Shown in pieces: positions 6,385 through 15,402 of a DNA stretch of 32,000 bases. Every line of letters begins with the position of its first letter. Position 1 is the first letter of the stretch. The stretch covers positions 420,001 to 452,000 of the forward strand of contig OY969931.1 of assembly GCA_963704705.1 (NCBI GenBank), written 5' to 3'. Both the position numbers and the translations under genes were made by a program. The notes under the pieces were generated by a model. The model made no database searches, had not been told where the DNA came from, and saw only the letters and a program-made list of their open reading frames with translations. The stretch comes from an uncultured bacterium (lineage in GTDB: Bacteria > Patescibacteriota > Gracilibacteria > UBA1369 > PNNO01).

Positions 6385-8565
6385 ATGAAAAAAACATTGG
6401 CAGCAACCAGCATAATGGCTTTTATGCTATTTAGTTTGAACGGTTGTGCACCTGATACGAAAACTGAAGATACTCAAGAACCCAATCAAACTGAAGAAAC
6501 TCAAACTACTGAAATCCCTACTGCACAGGCAGCAACTTTTGCAGAATGGCAAGATAATACTGTTGGATTTACACCAAGTATTCCTGATTATGAAATTAAA
6601 CCTGACCTTAGCAATGTTGATTACACTGATATTTTGCAGGGTCCTACTGACAGCAATAAACTTTTAGCTGAAAATGGTTTCTATGTAAGTGAAGGATGGA
6701 GTGAGGAATTTTTTAGTTTATATGAAGACAACCGTTATGAATTGATTCCAAACTTTGTTACGACCGATTCTGTTTTGCATACATACCATCTTTATTTTAA
6801 CTTTTTATTGAAATCTTTGGAGGAAAATGAGCTTTACGATATTTCTGAAACTATAACTGAAGATATGCTTCAGGCTTCCCTTGATCAATATGAAAAATTA
6901 AAAGGTACGGAATGGGAAGCTGCGGCAAAAGTAAATGTTGGATATTTCAGTGTTGCATTAAAACAACTTAAACCTGATGCACCAATTAACGATTTAGTTA
7001 AAGAAGCCGTTGAAGCTGACAATGCAGCAATGACTAGCCATGAAGGTATCGGAACTCCGGCTGTTTATGGTGAAGGTTCTGATTACATGGAAGATTTTTC
7101 TCAATATGTTCCAAGAGGCCACTATACAAAATCTGAAAAATTGAGCAGATATTTTAATGCTTTAATGTGGTATGGAAGAATGACTTTCAGGCTTCAGAAT
7201 AATGAAGAAACAAAATCAGCACTTTTGATTATGGCTGCTTTAGATAATAATGAAGAAATGCTTGCTAACTGGAAGCGTTTATATGAACCTATTGGATTTT
7301 TTGTAGGCGATCCTGATGATCTTGTTTATTTGGACTTCCAGCCTGTTGCGCGGGATATTTATGGAGATCTAACTTTAGAAAACCTTCAAAATGGTGATTT
7401 GGCTGCATTTATTGCTAAAGCAAAACAACTTAGAGATCCTGGTGTTAATTCAATGCCGGTATTGGGCCCTGCTTTGAATCCTGAAAGAGCCTCAGTTGAA
7501 GATAGAACTGAAGATACAAAAGGATTTAGGTTTTTAGGTCAAAGATTTACTATTGATGCATCAATTTTCCAAAGACTTATTTATAGAGAAACTGATAAGA
7601 ATAAAGATACAGGTGACGTCAGAATGCTTCCTAATGGATTGGATATCCCTGCTGCTTTTGGTTCAGATCTAGCATATAAAATTTTGGAAGATAAAGGAGA
7701 AACAAAGTATGCAAATTATCCTGAAAATATGAATAAGCTTGTGCTTGCAATAAATCAATTACCAAAGTCAAAGTGGACTGAAAATTTATATTGGGGATGG
7801 ATGTACACTTTAAAAACTCTACTACCCACTGACTACTCAACAGGCTATCCAGTGTTTATGCAAAACGATGCTTGGAAAAGAAAAGAATTAACAACTTTCT
7901 TGGGCAGCTGGGCTGAACTTAAGCACGATACAATACTTTATGCTAAGCAGGTTTACGCTGAACTTGGAGGTGGTCCAATGATCGAAGAAAGAGATGATCG
8001 CGGATATGTTGAGCCGAATCCTGATCTTTATGCAAGACTTGCTTCACTCACACAATTAACAAGTGACGGTTTGGAACAGAGAGGTATTTTAAGCACGTCA
8101 AACAAAGATTCATTAAGCAAACTTAATGATTTGTTGATTCAGCTTCGCGATATTTCAGTTAAAGAACTTCAAAATGAAGCACTTACTGATGACGAATATG
8201 AATTAATTAGAACTTACGGTGGTTCACTTGAGCATTTCTGGAATGAAACATTCAGCGATGAAGAAAAGAATCAGGGCAATTTATTAAATGATAATCCTGC
8301 GCCGATTATTGCAGATGTTGCAACCGATCCTAACTGCTGTGTACTTGAAGTTGGAACCGGCTATGTTGAACCGATATTTGTTGTGTTCCCGATTGATGGA
8401 AAACTGCGTGTTGGTAAGGGAGGAGTTTATTCTTATTATGAATTCTCATGGCCAATGTCTGATCGTTTAACTGATGAAAAATGGCGTGATGAAGTATTGA
8501 CTGATTGGGAAAATCCACCTGCGAGACTTGACTGGCAAACTTATTTATCTGATTTTGATGAATAA
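6385..8565 (+). CDS. Lipoprotein, 726 aa, possibly DUF3160 family
   Basis: It has a lipoprotein signal MKKTLAATSIMAFMLFSLNG|C (lipobox LNGC) followed by a Thr/Glu/Gln-rich linker. The size and motifs such as VPRGHYTKSEKLSRYFNALMWYGRM and FRFLGQRFTIDA match my unverified recollection of DUF3160 proteins. Confidence 0.8.
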   Translation: MKKTLAATSIMAFMLFSLNGCAPDTKTEDTQEPNQTEETQTTEIPTAQAATFAEWQDNTVGFTPSIPDYEIKPDLSNVDYTDILQGPTDSNKLLAENGFYVSEGWSEEFFSLYEDNRYELIPNFVTTDSVLHTYHLYFNFLLKSLEENELYDISETITEDMLQASLDQYEKLKGTEWEAAAKVNVGYFSVALKQLKPDAPINDLVKEAVEADNAAMTSHEGIGTPAVYGEGSDYMEDFSQYVPRGHYTKSEKLSRYFNALMWYGRMTFRLQNNEETKSALLIMAALDNNEEMLANWKRLYEPIGFFVGDPDDLVYLDFQPVARDIYGDLTLENLQNGDLAAFIAKAKQLRDPGVNSMPVLGPALNPERASVEDRTEDTKGFRFLGQRFTIDASIFQRLIYRETDKNKDTGDVRMLPNGLDIPAAFGSDLAYKILEDKGETKYANYPENMNKLVLAINQLPKSKWTENLYWGWMYTLKTLLPTDYSTGYPVFMQNDAWKRKELTTFLGSWAELKHDTILYAKQVYAELGGGPMIEERDDRGYVEPNPDLYARLASLTQLTSDGLEQRGILSTSNKDSLSKLNDLLIQLRDISVKELQNEALTDDEYELIRTYGGSLEHFWNETFSDEEKNQGNLLNDNPAPIIADVATDPNCCVLEVGTGYVEPIFVVFPIDGKLRVGKGGVYSYYEFSWPMSDRLTDEKWRDEVLTDWENPPARLDWQTYLSDFDE

Positions 8566-9154
8566 TAAAATCGTAATTAATTTAATTATTGGAGGGGGAC
8601 TTATAGTCCTCCTCTTTGTTCTTGTTTCAGTTAAAACAGTTGCATTAATCAGCTTTGAAAATAATGATTACTGCATCACAAAAAAATATTATTTTGAGTT
8701 TAATAAACCGAATAAAAGCCCTGAATTGCCGGATTTTAAACTTGATGAGAATTGGGATATAGAAGATGTGATTAAAGGTGATTTTGATAATGACGGAGAT
8801 CCGGATGTTGGAATTTATTTATGGAAGGTCGGCAATTACGGCGATTCGCTGCCTTTTTGGGAGAAGTCGAATGATACTTCCTATAAACAGCATTTGTTTC
8901 TTTTTGAGGAAGATGGTTCAGCGATTTGGCAATCATCAAATCTTCCATATCATAATATAAAAACAATACTCACGGATATTAATAATGATGGTGAAAACGA
9001 ATTAGTTGTACTAGAAAAACCTTATGATAAAGCCAAAACTACTGTTGCGGTTTGGAAATGGGATGAATGGGGATTTACAAATTTATGGCGAAGCGAACCT
9101 GGCAATTATACCGATTTACAATTAAAATTGGACTATGCTATTAGAGTTACGTAA
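8558..9154 (+). CDS. Membrane-anchored protein with FG-GAP/VCBS-like repeats
   Basis: I prefer the start MNNKIVINLIIGGGLIVLLFVLVS (ATG at 8558, overlapping the upstream stop as ATGAATAA); the track ORF starts at 8528. It has an N-terminal TM anchor. GDFDNDGDPDVGIY and TDINNDGENELVVL resemble FG-GAP calcium-binding loops. Confidence 0.7.
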   Translation: MNNKIVINLIIGGGLIVLLFVLVSVKTVALISFENNDYCITKKYYFEFNKPNKSPELPDFKLDENWDIEDVIKGDFDNDGDPDVGIYLWKVGNYGDSLPFWEKSNDTSYKQHLFLFEEDGSAIWQSSNLPYHNIKTILTDINNDGENELVVLEKPYDKAKTTVAVWKWDEWGFTNLWRSEPGNYTDLQLKLDYAIRVT

Positions 9155-9170
9155 AAAATTACAGCGTAAA

Positions 9171-10229
9171 ATGAAGGTTCTTAACACAATTGAACTTTCT
9201 GAGAAAGCGCTAAAAGCTAATTACAAATATTATAAAAAGCTTCATTCTGAATCTGAAGTTTGCCCTGTGCTTAAATCAAATGCCTATGGGCACGGGCTTG
9301 TTGAAATAGCTAAGATGTGCGAAAAATTTAATCCGCCTTATTTAATTGTTGATAGTTTTTATGAAGCTTTTGAGCTTAAAAAAGCCGGTATAAAAACTCC
9401 AAGTTTAATCATCGGATATACTTTGCCGGAAAATTACAAACACATGTCATTTAAAAACGTGGCAATAACTGTTTTGGATATTGATACAATTAAAGCACTT
9501 GGTAAGCTGCGTAAAAAAATTAAAATTCATTTAAAAGTTGATACCGGAATGCACAGGCAGGGTGTTCCAATGGATAAAGTTGATAAAGCATTGCGCTTGA
9601 TTCGTTCATTTAAAAAACTCGAACTTGAAGGTCTTTGTACTCATTTGGCAGACGCAGATAACGATAATGGAAATTTTACAAAAACACAGGTTAAGAAATT
9701 TTTGGATGTATGTAAAAAGGTTGATGTTAAATGGAGGCATATTTCTGCCACTGCCGGAGCCGGTATTATTTTTAATAAAAAATTTAATTTGATCAGGCTC
9801 GGACTTGGGCTTTATGGCGACAGTCCTATTGAAAAATATGCCAAAAATCTAAAGCCTGTGATGCAATTTTCTTCAACAATTATTGATATAAAAGAGCTTA
9901 AAAAAGGTGAATGTGTAAGTTACGGCTGCACTTTTACTGCAAAGGGCGACATGAAAATCGGAATTATACCCGCAGGTTATTATGAAGGTGTGGATCGCAG
10001 ATTAAGCAATAAAGGGTATATGTTTTATGGCAAACATAAATGCAGAATTCTTGGCACAGTTTGTATGAATCTTACAATTATTGATATAACCCGAATTAAA
10101 GGTGCTAATAAAGGTGATAAAGTTGATTTTATTAGGGACAATATTTGTGAAATAGCTGACACATGCAAAACAATTACTTATGTAATCTGGACGCATATTG
10201 CGCCGACAATAAGAAGAGTTGTCAGATAA
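9171..10229 (+). CDS. alr: Alanine racemase
   Basis: The PLP-lysine motif is CPVLKSNAYGHG. The overall length and C-terminal motifs (VSYGCTF, IIPAGYYEGVDRRLSNKG, ILGTVCMN) are typical of Alr. An alternative start at 9135 would overlap the upstream gene by 20 nt. Confidence 0.9.
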   Translation: MKVLNTIELSEKALKANYKYYKKLHSESEVCPVLKSNAYGHGLVEIAKMCEKFNPPYLIVDSFYEAFELKKAGIKTPSLIIGYTLPENYKHMSFKNVAITVLDIDTIKALGKLRKKIKIHLKVDTGMHRQGVPMDKVDKALRLIRSFKKLELEGLCTHLADADNDNGNFTKTQVKKFLDVCKKVDVKWRHISATAGAGIIFNKKFNLIRLGLGLYGDSPIEKYAKNLKPVMQFSSTIIDIKELKKGECVSYGCTFTAKGDMKIGIIPAGYYEGVDRRLSNKGYMFYGKHKCRILGTVCMNLTIIDITRIKGANKGDKVDFIRDNICEIADTCKTITYVIWTHIAPTIRRVVR

Positions 10230-10856
10230 TTATTCTTTGGTTAACCTTGGTTTATTAGTGAAACCTTCAGCTTGGCTTCTTTTTTTAGCATTAAAATCTG
10301 CTTGTTTTTTAACAAGTTGTTCAATTGCACTAAAAACAGCATTTTTAAGTTCAGAACATGCTTGTTTTAAATCAGGATTTTTGAAATTAGGGATTTTTAA
10401 AGCTCTGAAATTAATATTACCTTTTTCATTGATTATAAGTTCTAAAAACCAGCCTCTTGAATGAGCAGCTTCTACAATTTCGTTAAGCTTGTCCCATCTT
10501 TTGCAATTTTTGAGTTCATTAACGAGACCGTTTATATGTACAATTTGCACTCCCGGATCTCTTAAGAGATTAGCTTTTTCTTTTTCTCTTTCTTTTCTTG
10601 GCTCTTCAAGCGCAGCTTCAATTGCTGCTCTGTCTTCAGGTTTAGCCTTACTAACTAATTCTACTGCTTCCGCTATTTCAGTATTGATTGCCTGAATGTT
10701 TTGTAATAGATCCTGCACTCTTTCCTGTTCAGCTTGCTTTGCTGCTTCACGTTCCTGTTCTTTTGCCTGTGCAGCTTGCCTTGCAATATCAGCAAGACTA
10801 GGGCGTCCTCCCTGGATAACTTGTAATTCAGTTGTTTTTGATTGTTCCGGCTTCAT
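10230..10856 (-). CDS. Hypothetical protein, Glu/Lys/Ala-rich coiled-coil N-half plus a globular C-half
   Basis: This is a continuous 208-aa ORF, whereas the opposite strand shows only three broken low-complexity Ser/Cys/Leu/Phe ORFs. I recognise no family. Its stop abuts the alr stop with zero spacing. Confidence 0.65.
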   Translation of the reverse strand: MKPEQSKTTELQVIQGGRPSLADIARQAAQAKEQEREAAKQAEQERVQDLLQNIQAINTEIAEAVELVSKAKPEDRAAIEAALEEPRKEREKEKANLLRDPGVQIVHINGLVNELKNCKRWDKLNEIVEAAHSRGWFLELIINEKGNINFRALKIPNFKNPDLKQACSELKNAVFSAIEQLVKKQADFNAKKRSQAEGFTNKPRLTKE

Positions 10857-10972
10857 AATTAAATGTATTAATAATAAAAGGAGTATATGGTAATATATTT
10901 AAAAAGATATGTCAAGTGCTAAATAAATATATCAAAACTACCATTAATTTAAAGCCGAAAACAACTTTTTCA

Positions 10973-12268
10973 TTACGGAGTTAATCTTGAAATCATCCTT
11001 GGGAATGGAATTGTTTCGCGAATATGCTGAGTTCCGCAAAGCCATCCGGTAATTCTTTCAAGTCCATATCCAAATCCACTATGTGGAACTGAGCCGTATT
11101 TTCGTAAATCCAAATACCAGTCGAAAGCTTCAACGGGTAGATTGTGTTCTTTAATGCGTCTTAATAAAGTTGCATAGTCGTCTTCACGCTGCGAGCCGCC
11201 GATAATTTCTCCATAACCCTCAGGTGCAAGTAAGTCGCTGCATAAAGCCACAGAATCGTTTTCTGGGTCGCGTTTCATATAAAAAGCTTTTACTTCCGCC
11301 GGGTATTTTTCAACAAAAATCGGATTATCGTATTTTTCTGTAAGCATTGTTTCATCATCAGCACCCAAATCATCATTTGATTTTATATCAGAGCCCATTT
11401 CCTGAAGTTCTTTTACAACTTCAGCATGTGTTTTGCGAATAAATGGTGCTTTAATTTTCTCCAAAGGCGCTGTGTCTCTTTCCAAAATTTTTAATTCTTT
11501 GCGATTTTTCTCCAAAACACGTTTAATTATATGAAGAATCAAGCCTTCCTGAATTTTCATATTTTCTTCATGTTCAACAAATGCAGCTTCAGCATCCATC
11601 ATCCAGAATTCAGTTAAATGGCGACGTGTTTTTGATTTCTCTGCTCTGAAAACAGGTCCAAAATCAAAACATCTGCCCACAGAATATATCGCAGCTTCAA
11701 TATAAAGCTGGCCTGACTGGCTTAAATATGCGCTTCCTTCATCAAAATAATTTATTTCAAAAAGCTCTGTTGTTCCTTCGCAGGCATTAGGAGTAAGAAT
11801 CGGCGAATCTATTTTAATGAATCCTTCATTATTCAGATATTCGTAAGTTGCATTAATTATTGTATTTCTTACTTTTTGAATTGCCCACTGTTTGCTTGAT
11901 CTAAGCCATAAATGACGGTTATTTAACAAAAAGTCAGGGCCGTGTTCTTTTTTTGAAATTGGATATTCCTCTGTATTTAAGTGAAGAATATCAATATCTT
12001 TAACCTGGAGTTCAAAAACATCATCAAATTTTGGATGTTTTGTTACTTCACCGGTTATGCTTAAAGCTGATTCCATGGTTAGTTCTTCGCCTTTTTTAAA
12101 TACATCGTCACTTACATTATCCTGAAAAACAATTCCCTGAATCATTCCACTGCCGTCACGTAATTCAAGAAAGTGAATTTTACCGCTTGAGCGTTTATTA
12201 AACATCCATCCGCGAACAGTTACTTCTTTGCCAACATGTTCACTAATTTTTTCGATTGAAACTATCAT
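10973..12268 (-). CDS. asnS: Asparaginyl-tRNA synthetase
   Basis: Class IIb aaRS with an N-terminal OB fold (VTVRGWMFNKRSSGKIHFLELRDGSG). Motif 2 is FGPVFRAEKSKTRRHLTEFWMMDAE, plus GGSQRE and motif 3 GFGYGLERI. The 431-aa length is typical of AsnRS. Confidence 0.95.
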   Translation of the reverse strand: MIVSIEKISEHVGKEVTVRGWMFNKRSSGKIHFLELRDGSGMIQGIVFQDNVSDDVFKKGEELTMESALSITGEVTKHPKFDDVFELQVKDIDILHLNTEEYPISKKEHGPDFLLNNRHLWLRSSKQWAIQKVRNTIINATYEYLNNEGFIKIDSPILTPNACEGTTELFEINYFDEGSAYLSQSGQLYIEAAIYSVGRCFDFGPVFRAEKSKTRRHLTEFWMMDAEAAFVEHEENMKIQEGLILHIIKRVLEKNRKELKILERDTAPLEKIKAPFIRKTHAEVVKELQEMGSDIKSNDDLGADDETMLTEKYDNPIFVEKYPAEVKAFYMKRDPENDSVALCSDLLAPEGYGEIIGGSQREDDYATLLRRIKEHNLPVEAFDWYLDLRKYGSVPHSGFGYGLERITGWLCGTQHIRETIPFPRMISRLTP

Positions 12269-12326
12269 AATTTTTTAATTATTAACCTTGGTAACTTTAA
12301 TAGAGCCTTAAATTTAATGCAAGCCC

Positions 12327-12355
12327 TTTAAGAAAAGCTAAAATTATGGTATAAT
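12327..12355 (+). promoter_or_regulatory. Putative extended -10 promoter for the 12376 operon
   Basis: TGGTATAAT (TG at 12347..12348, TATAAT at 12350..12355) with a weak -35 TTTAAG 17 nt upstream. It lies ~20 nt before the ATG. Confidence 0.4.
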
Positions 12356-12375
12356 TTGTATAGTTAAAAACAAAA

Positions 12376-12978
12376 ATGCAAAAACTAAAAACATTCACAT
12401 TTAGCGTAACTTTAAATATAATCCTGATAATTATTATTTTATTGGGACTTGCTTATATATTTGTTCAACCTGATTTAAGCAATTTTCAGGGTTCCAGTTT
12501 TACTATTGATGGTGAATTAAAACCAGCTGCAGATGAAAAAGTAGGAGCAATAACTGTTGAGTACAATTATGAAAATCCTAAAATTAATGATCAGGAATTT
12601 ATAATCGGTTCAATAAATATAACAAATGAATATGAGCCAGTATTTATTTACGGAATAAATTTTGAAATTGAGGGTGATTTAACCAAAGAAAATATTGAGA
12701 ATTTAAAGGTGATGGTAGACAAAGAAGAGTACAAGGGAGTCGAAATAGCCTGGAAGGGTGAATCTTCATTAATTGTAAATTTTATTGATAAACCAATTGA
12801 AGTTAATGGATTAACTAAAATAGAATTGGATGCCAAGGTCAGAGGATTAAAAACCGGTACATCAGCAAAAGCGCATTTCATCAATCTTAATGCTGAAGGT
12901 GAAAATACTCAGCAGCATATTTCAAATATTGGACTACTGGGTGGCGCTGAGCCAATTCCACAATCAATTAATTTTTAA
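12376..12978 (+). CDS. Hypothetical membrane-anchored extracytoplasmic protein
   Basis: It has an N-terminal TM segment (VTLNIILIIIILLGLAYIFV) followed by a beta-rich-looking domain. I recognise no family. Confidence 0.7.
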   Translation: MQKLKTFTFSVTLNIILIIIILLGLAYIFVQPDLSNFQGSSFTIDGELKPAADEKVGAITVEYNYENPKINDQEFIIGSINITNEYEPVFIYGINFEIEGDLTKENIENLKVMVDKEEYKGVEIAWKGESSLIVNFIDKPIEVNGLTKIELDAKVRGLKTGTSAKAHFINLNAEGENTQQHISNIGLLGGAEPIPQSINF

Positions 12979-12986
12979 TTTTAAAT

Positions 12987-13787
12987 ATGAAAAAATCAAA
13001 TTTCAGTTGCGACATAGAACCTCCAAAACAAAAAAAATCAAAAGTGTTACCGGTTGCTTTGATATCACTTGCTATACTTTTTGTTGGCGGTATCACAGGT
13101 GCTTATTTCTATCTTGGACAACCTGATTTTGTATCAGATGTTCCTCCTACTCTGGATTTAATCGGAAGTAAATTTCAGGGCCAATCAATAGGTGACCAAC
13201 TTGGCAGTTTGGTCTTTGATCAAACCGATGTTGATACTTTTAGCGCTCCTGCAAACGCGAATTTTAAAACCGCTACAAAAGGGGTGCAGTATTATTATTC
13301 TGAACAGGAAATAACGGTTGATGAATTGATAAAAAATATTAAACCTGAGGCTGGCTTACAGATATTAATTGCTTTTTATAGTCCTGGCGAAACAGAATTG
13401 GGAACTAATAAATGTTATTATATTTATCCTACAGGCCCATATAGCGAAACCTGCGAAATACAGAATTTAATGAATTTCAAAATACCAAAAGGCAGAGGAT
13501 ATGCAGTTATAGGCAGCAAAGATTTTGAGTACAATTCTAATCTTATAAAGAATGCAAAAACTACTCCTTCTGTTGATTATCTTGAAAACTTCAAATCAAA
13601 TGAAGGTTGGGTTTTATTACCGGTTAAAGATCAAAATACACTTAAAACAAGCCTTTCAAATAATGTTTGGGTGCTTTCTGCTGATAATCAGTTTGTTAAA
13701 GCGGATGCAACAAATCTTACTTTGAAAAACAATTATACAATGGCGTGGTTCAAAATTGCGCCTAAGGATGTTTATCAGACTAGATAG
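12987..13787 (+). CDS. Hypothetical membrane-anchored extracytoplasmic protein
   Basis: A basic N-terminus is followed by a TM segment (VLPVALISLAILFVGGITGAYFYL). It starts 8 nt after the previous gene, so the two are probably co-transcribed. I recognise no family. Confidence 0.7.
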   Translation: MKKSNFSCDIEPPKQKKSKVLPVALISLAILFVGGITGAYFYLGQPDFVSDVPPTLDLIGSKFQGQSIGDQLGSLVFDQTDVDTFSAPANANFKTATKGVQYYYSEQEITVDELIKNIKPEAGLQILIAFYSPGETELGTNKCYYIYPTGPYSETCEIQNLMNFKIPKGRGYAVIGSKDFEYNSNLIKNAKTTPSVDYLENFKSNEGWVLLPVKDQNTLKTSLSNNVWVLSADNQFVKADATNLTLKNNYTMAWFKIAPKDVYQTR

Positions 13788-14841
13788 GGGCTTTTTCTAT
13801 TAAAGCTTTTAGTTTGTCTATGCCCAAACCTGTCCTTGCAGACACTTTAACTGATTTGGCTTTTTTGATTTTAAAGTAAGGGTTTTGATCAAGTTTATTG
13901 TAAACATAGATTTTAGGCTTTCCTGCACAGCCCAATTCATTCAAAATGCTTTCAACCACTTTGATTTTATCAGTCATATTAGGGTCGCTTGCATCAATAA
14001 CATGCAGTAAAAGATCGGCTTCTCTAACTTCATCAAGTGTTGCCATAAAAGATTTAATCAAAAAAGGAGGAAGGTCTTTAATAAAACCGATTGTATCTGC
14101 AACAAGCACTTTTTCCTGAATATTTGGCAGCCAAAGGTCACCGATTTTTGTGTCCAAAGTGGCAAAAAGCTCATCAGCTATATATACCTTTTCTTTGTGT
14201 GTAAGTGTTTTTAATAAGGTTGATTTGCCGCTGTTTGTATAACCTACAAGTGCGATGGTTTTTAAGCCTTTTCTTTTGCGGACATTTCGCTGACCTTCAT
14301 GAACTTGCCTAATTCTAGATAATTTCTTTTCAACATCTTTTATTCTAACTCTTAAGTAGCGCTTTTTTGTTTCAAGATATTTTTCACCAGGACCTCTTGT
14401 GGCGATTCCACCTCCCAAACGAGATAAACGGGTGCCATGGCCGTATAATTTTGGGAATTCATGATTCAAAGTCGCAAGTTCAATCTGCAATCTTGCTTCT
14501 TCGGTTTTCGCATGTTTATCAAAAATTTTTAAAATCAAATCAACGCGATCCCAAACAGGAATTTTAAATAAGGTAAATAAATACTGCACCTGATTCGGCT
14601 TGAGAATGCCGTTAACTACAATCATATCGATTTCTTCATCTTTTGTAATTTCAAGAACCTCCAGGGTTTTGCCTGTTCCCAAGTAAGTTTTCATTGAAGG
14701 TCTTCCTCTTTTTTGAATAATTTTAACAACAACAATTCCTCCGTAAGTATCAACAAGACGCGAAAGTTCTTCAAGATCCTGCTGCGTCTTTTTTAAAGAC
14801 GCATCTTTTGGAATTACATCAATAAGTACAGCTCTTTTCAT
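13780..14841 (-). CDS. hflX: GTPase HflX
   Basis: The HflX N-domain is present (IIQKRGRPSMKTYLGTGKTLEV), with G1 LVGYTNSGKSTLLKTLT, DTIGFIKDLPPFLIKSFMATLDEV and NKLD. The ATG follows the upstream yqeY stop directly (TAAATG). Confidence 0.92.
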   Translation of the reverse strand: MKRAVLIDVIPKDASLKKTQQDLEELSRLVDTYGGIVVVKIIQKRGRPSMKTYLGTGKTLEVLEITKDEEIDMIVVNGILKPNQVQYLFTLFKIPVWDRVDLILKIFDKHAKTEEARLQIELATLNHEFPKLYGHGTRLSRLGGGIATRGPGEKYLETKKRYLRVRIKDVEKKLSRIRQVHEGQRNVRKRKGLKTIALVGYTNSGKSTLLKTLTHKEKVYIADELFATLDTKIGDLWLPNIQEKVLVADTIGFIKDLPPFLIKSFMATLDEVREADLLLHVIDASDPNMTDKIKVVESILNELGCAGKPKIYVYNKLDQNPYFKIKKAKSVKVSARTGLGIDKLKALIEKAPI

Positions 14842-15291
14842 TTATGGTAAAAGTTGCATTACAATTTGATTCACTAGTTTGCCATCAGCTTTTCCTTTTA
14901 ATTTGGGCATGATTGCTCCCATTACTTTACCCATATCAGCTTTGCTGGTCGCACCTGTATCTGCGATGCCTTCTTCAATGATTTTGCGAACTTCATCTTC
15001 ACTCATTTGTTCCGGAAGATATGTTTGAAGAATTTTGGCTTCGTTGGCTTCTGTATCAGCCATTTCCGCTCTGCCTCCGTCACGAAATTGCTGTTCTGAA
15101 TCTTTGCGTTGTTTAACCTGCTTTTGGATGATAGAAATTACATCTTCATCAGTTGCATCTTTTTTTGGACCGCCTGAAACTTCAAATTTCATGATTTCCG
15201 CTTTAAGCATTCTGAGTGTGCTTACTTCAGCTTCTTTTTTTGCTTTTATAGCTTCGATTAAATCAGAATATATTTTTTCTTTTAATGTCAT
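14842..15291 (-). CDS. yqeY: GatB/YqeY domain protein
   Basis: At 149 aa, the sequences LKEKIYSDLIEAIKAKKEAEVSTLRMLKAEI...IIQKQVKQRKDSEQQF...AEMADTEANEAKILQTYLP are typical of the YqeY family. Confidence 0.88.
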   Translation of the reverse strand: MTLKEKIYSDLIEAIKAKKEAEVSTLRMLKAEIMKFEVSGGPKKDATDEDVISIIQKQVKQRKDSEQQFRDGGRAEMADTEANEAKILQTYLPEQMSEDEVRKIIEEGIADTGATSKADMGKVMGAIMPKLKGKADGKLVNQIVMQLLP

Positions 15292-15347
15292 AATAAAAAG
15301 TTTAATTAATGTAATTACTTTAACAGATCATTAATATAAGTGAAATG

Positions 15348-15375
15348 TTGACATCTTTGCAAAAAGCTTTATACT
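15348..15375 (+). promoter_or_regulatory. Near-consensus sigma-70-type promoter for the 15403 ORF
   Basis: TTGACA (15348..15353), a 16-nt spacer, then TATACT (15370..15375). The predicted leader is ~20 nt with no Shine-Dalgarno motif. Confidence 0.55.
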
Positions 15376-15402
15376 CACAACCTGTTTTTAACGCGCTTAT
15401 TG

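Noticed and set aside
8528-8557. Longer start for the FG-GAP protein (MTGKLIYLIL...) overlapping the lipoprotein gene by 38 nt
   Set aside because: The ATG at 8558 gives a typical short N-terminus followed by a TM anchor and the common ATGAATAA stop/start overlap. The longer form remains possible but is less parsimonious.
10219-10893. Three + strand ORFs (10219..10464, 10489..10695, 10696..10893) opposite the 208-aa minus-strand ORF
   Set aside because: They are fragmented into three pieces and are Ser/Cys/Leu/Phe-rich, which is the typical antisense shadow of a Lys/Glu/Ala-rich gene. The minus-strand ORF is continuous and fills the gap between alr and asnS.
10877-10922. The only strong SD-like sequence seen (AAAGGAG), 3 nt upstream of an 11-codon mini-ORF (MVIYLKRYVKC) on the + strand
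   Set aside because: The spacing is too short and the ORF is tiny. It lies in the promoter region of a minus-strand gene, and no other gene here uses an SD. It is most likely coincidental.
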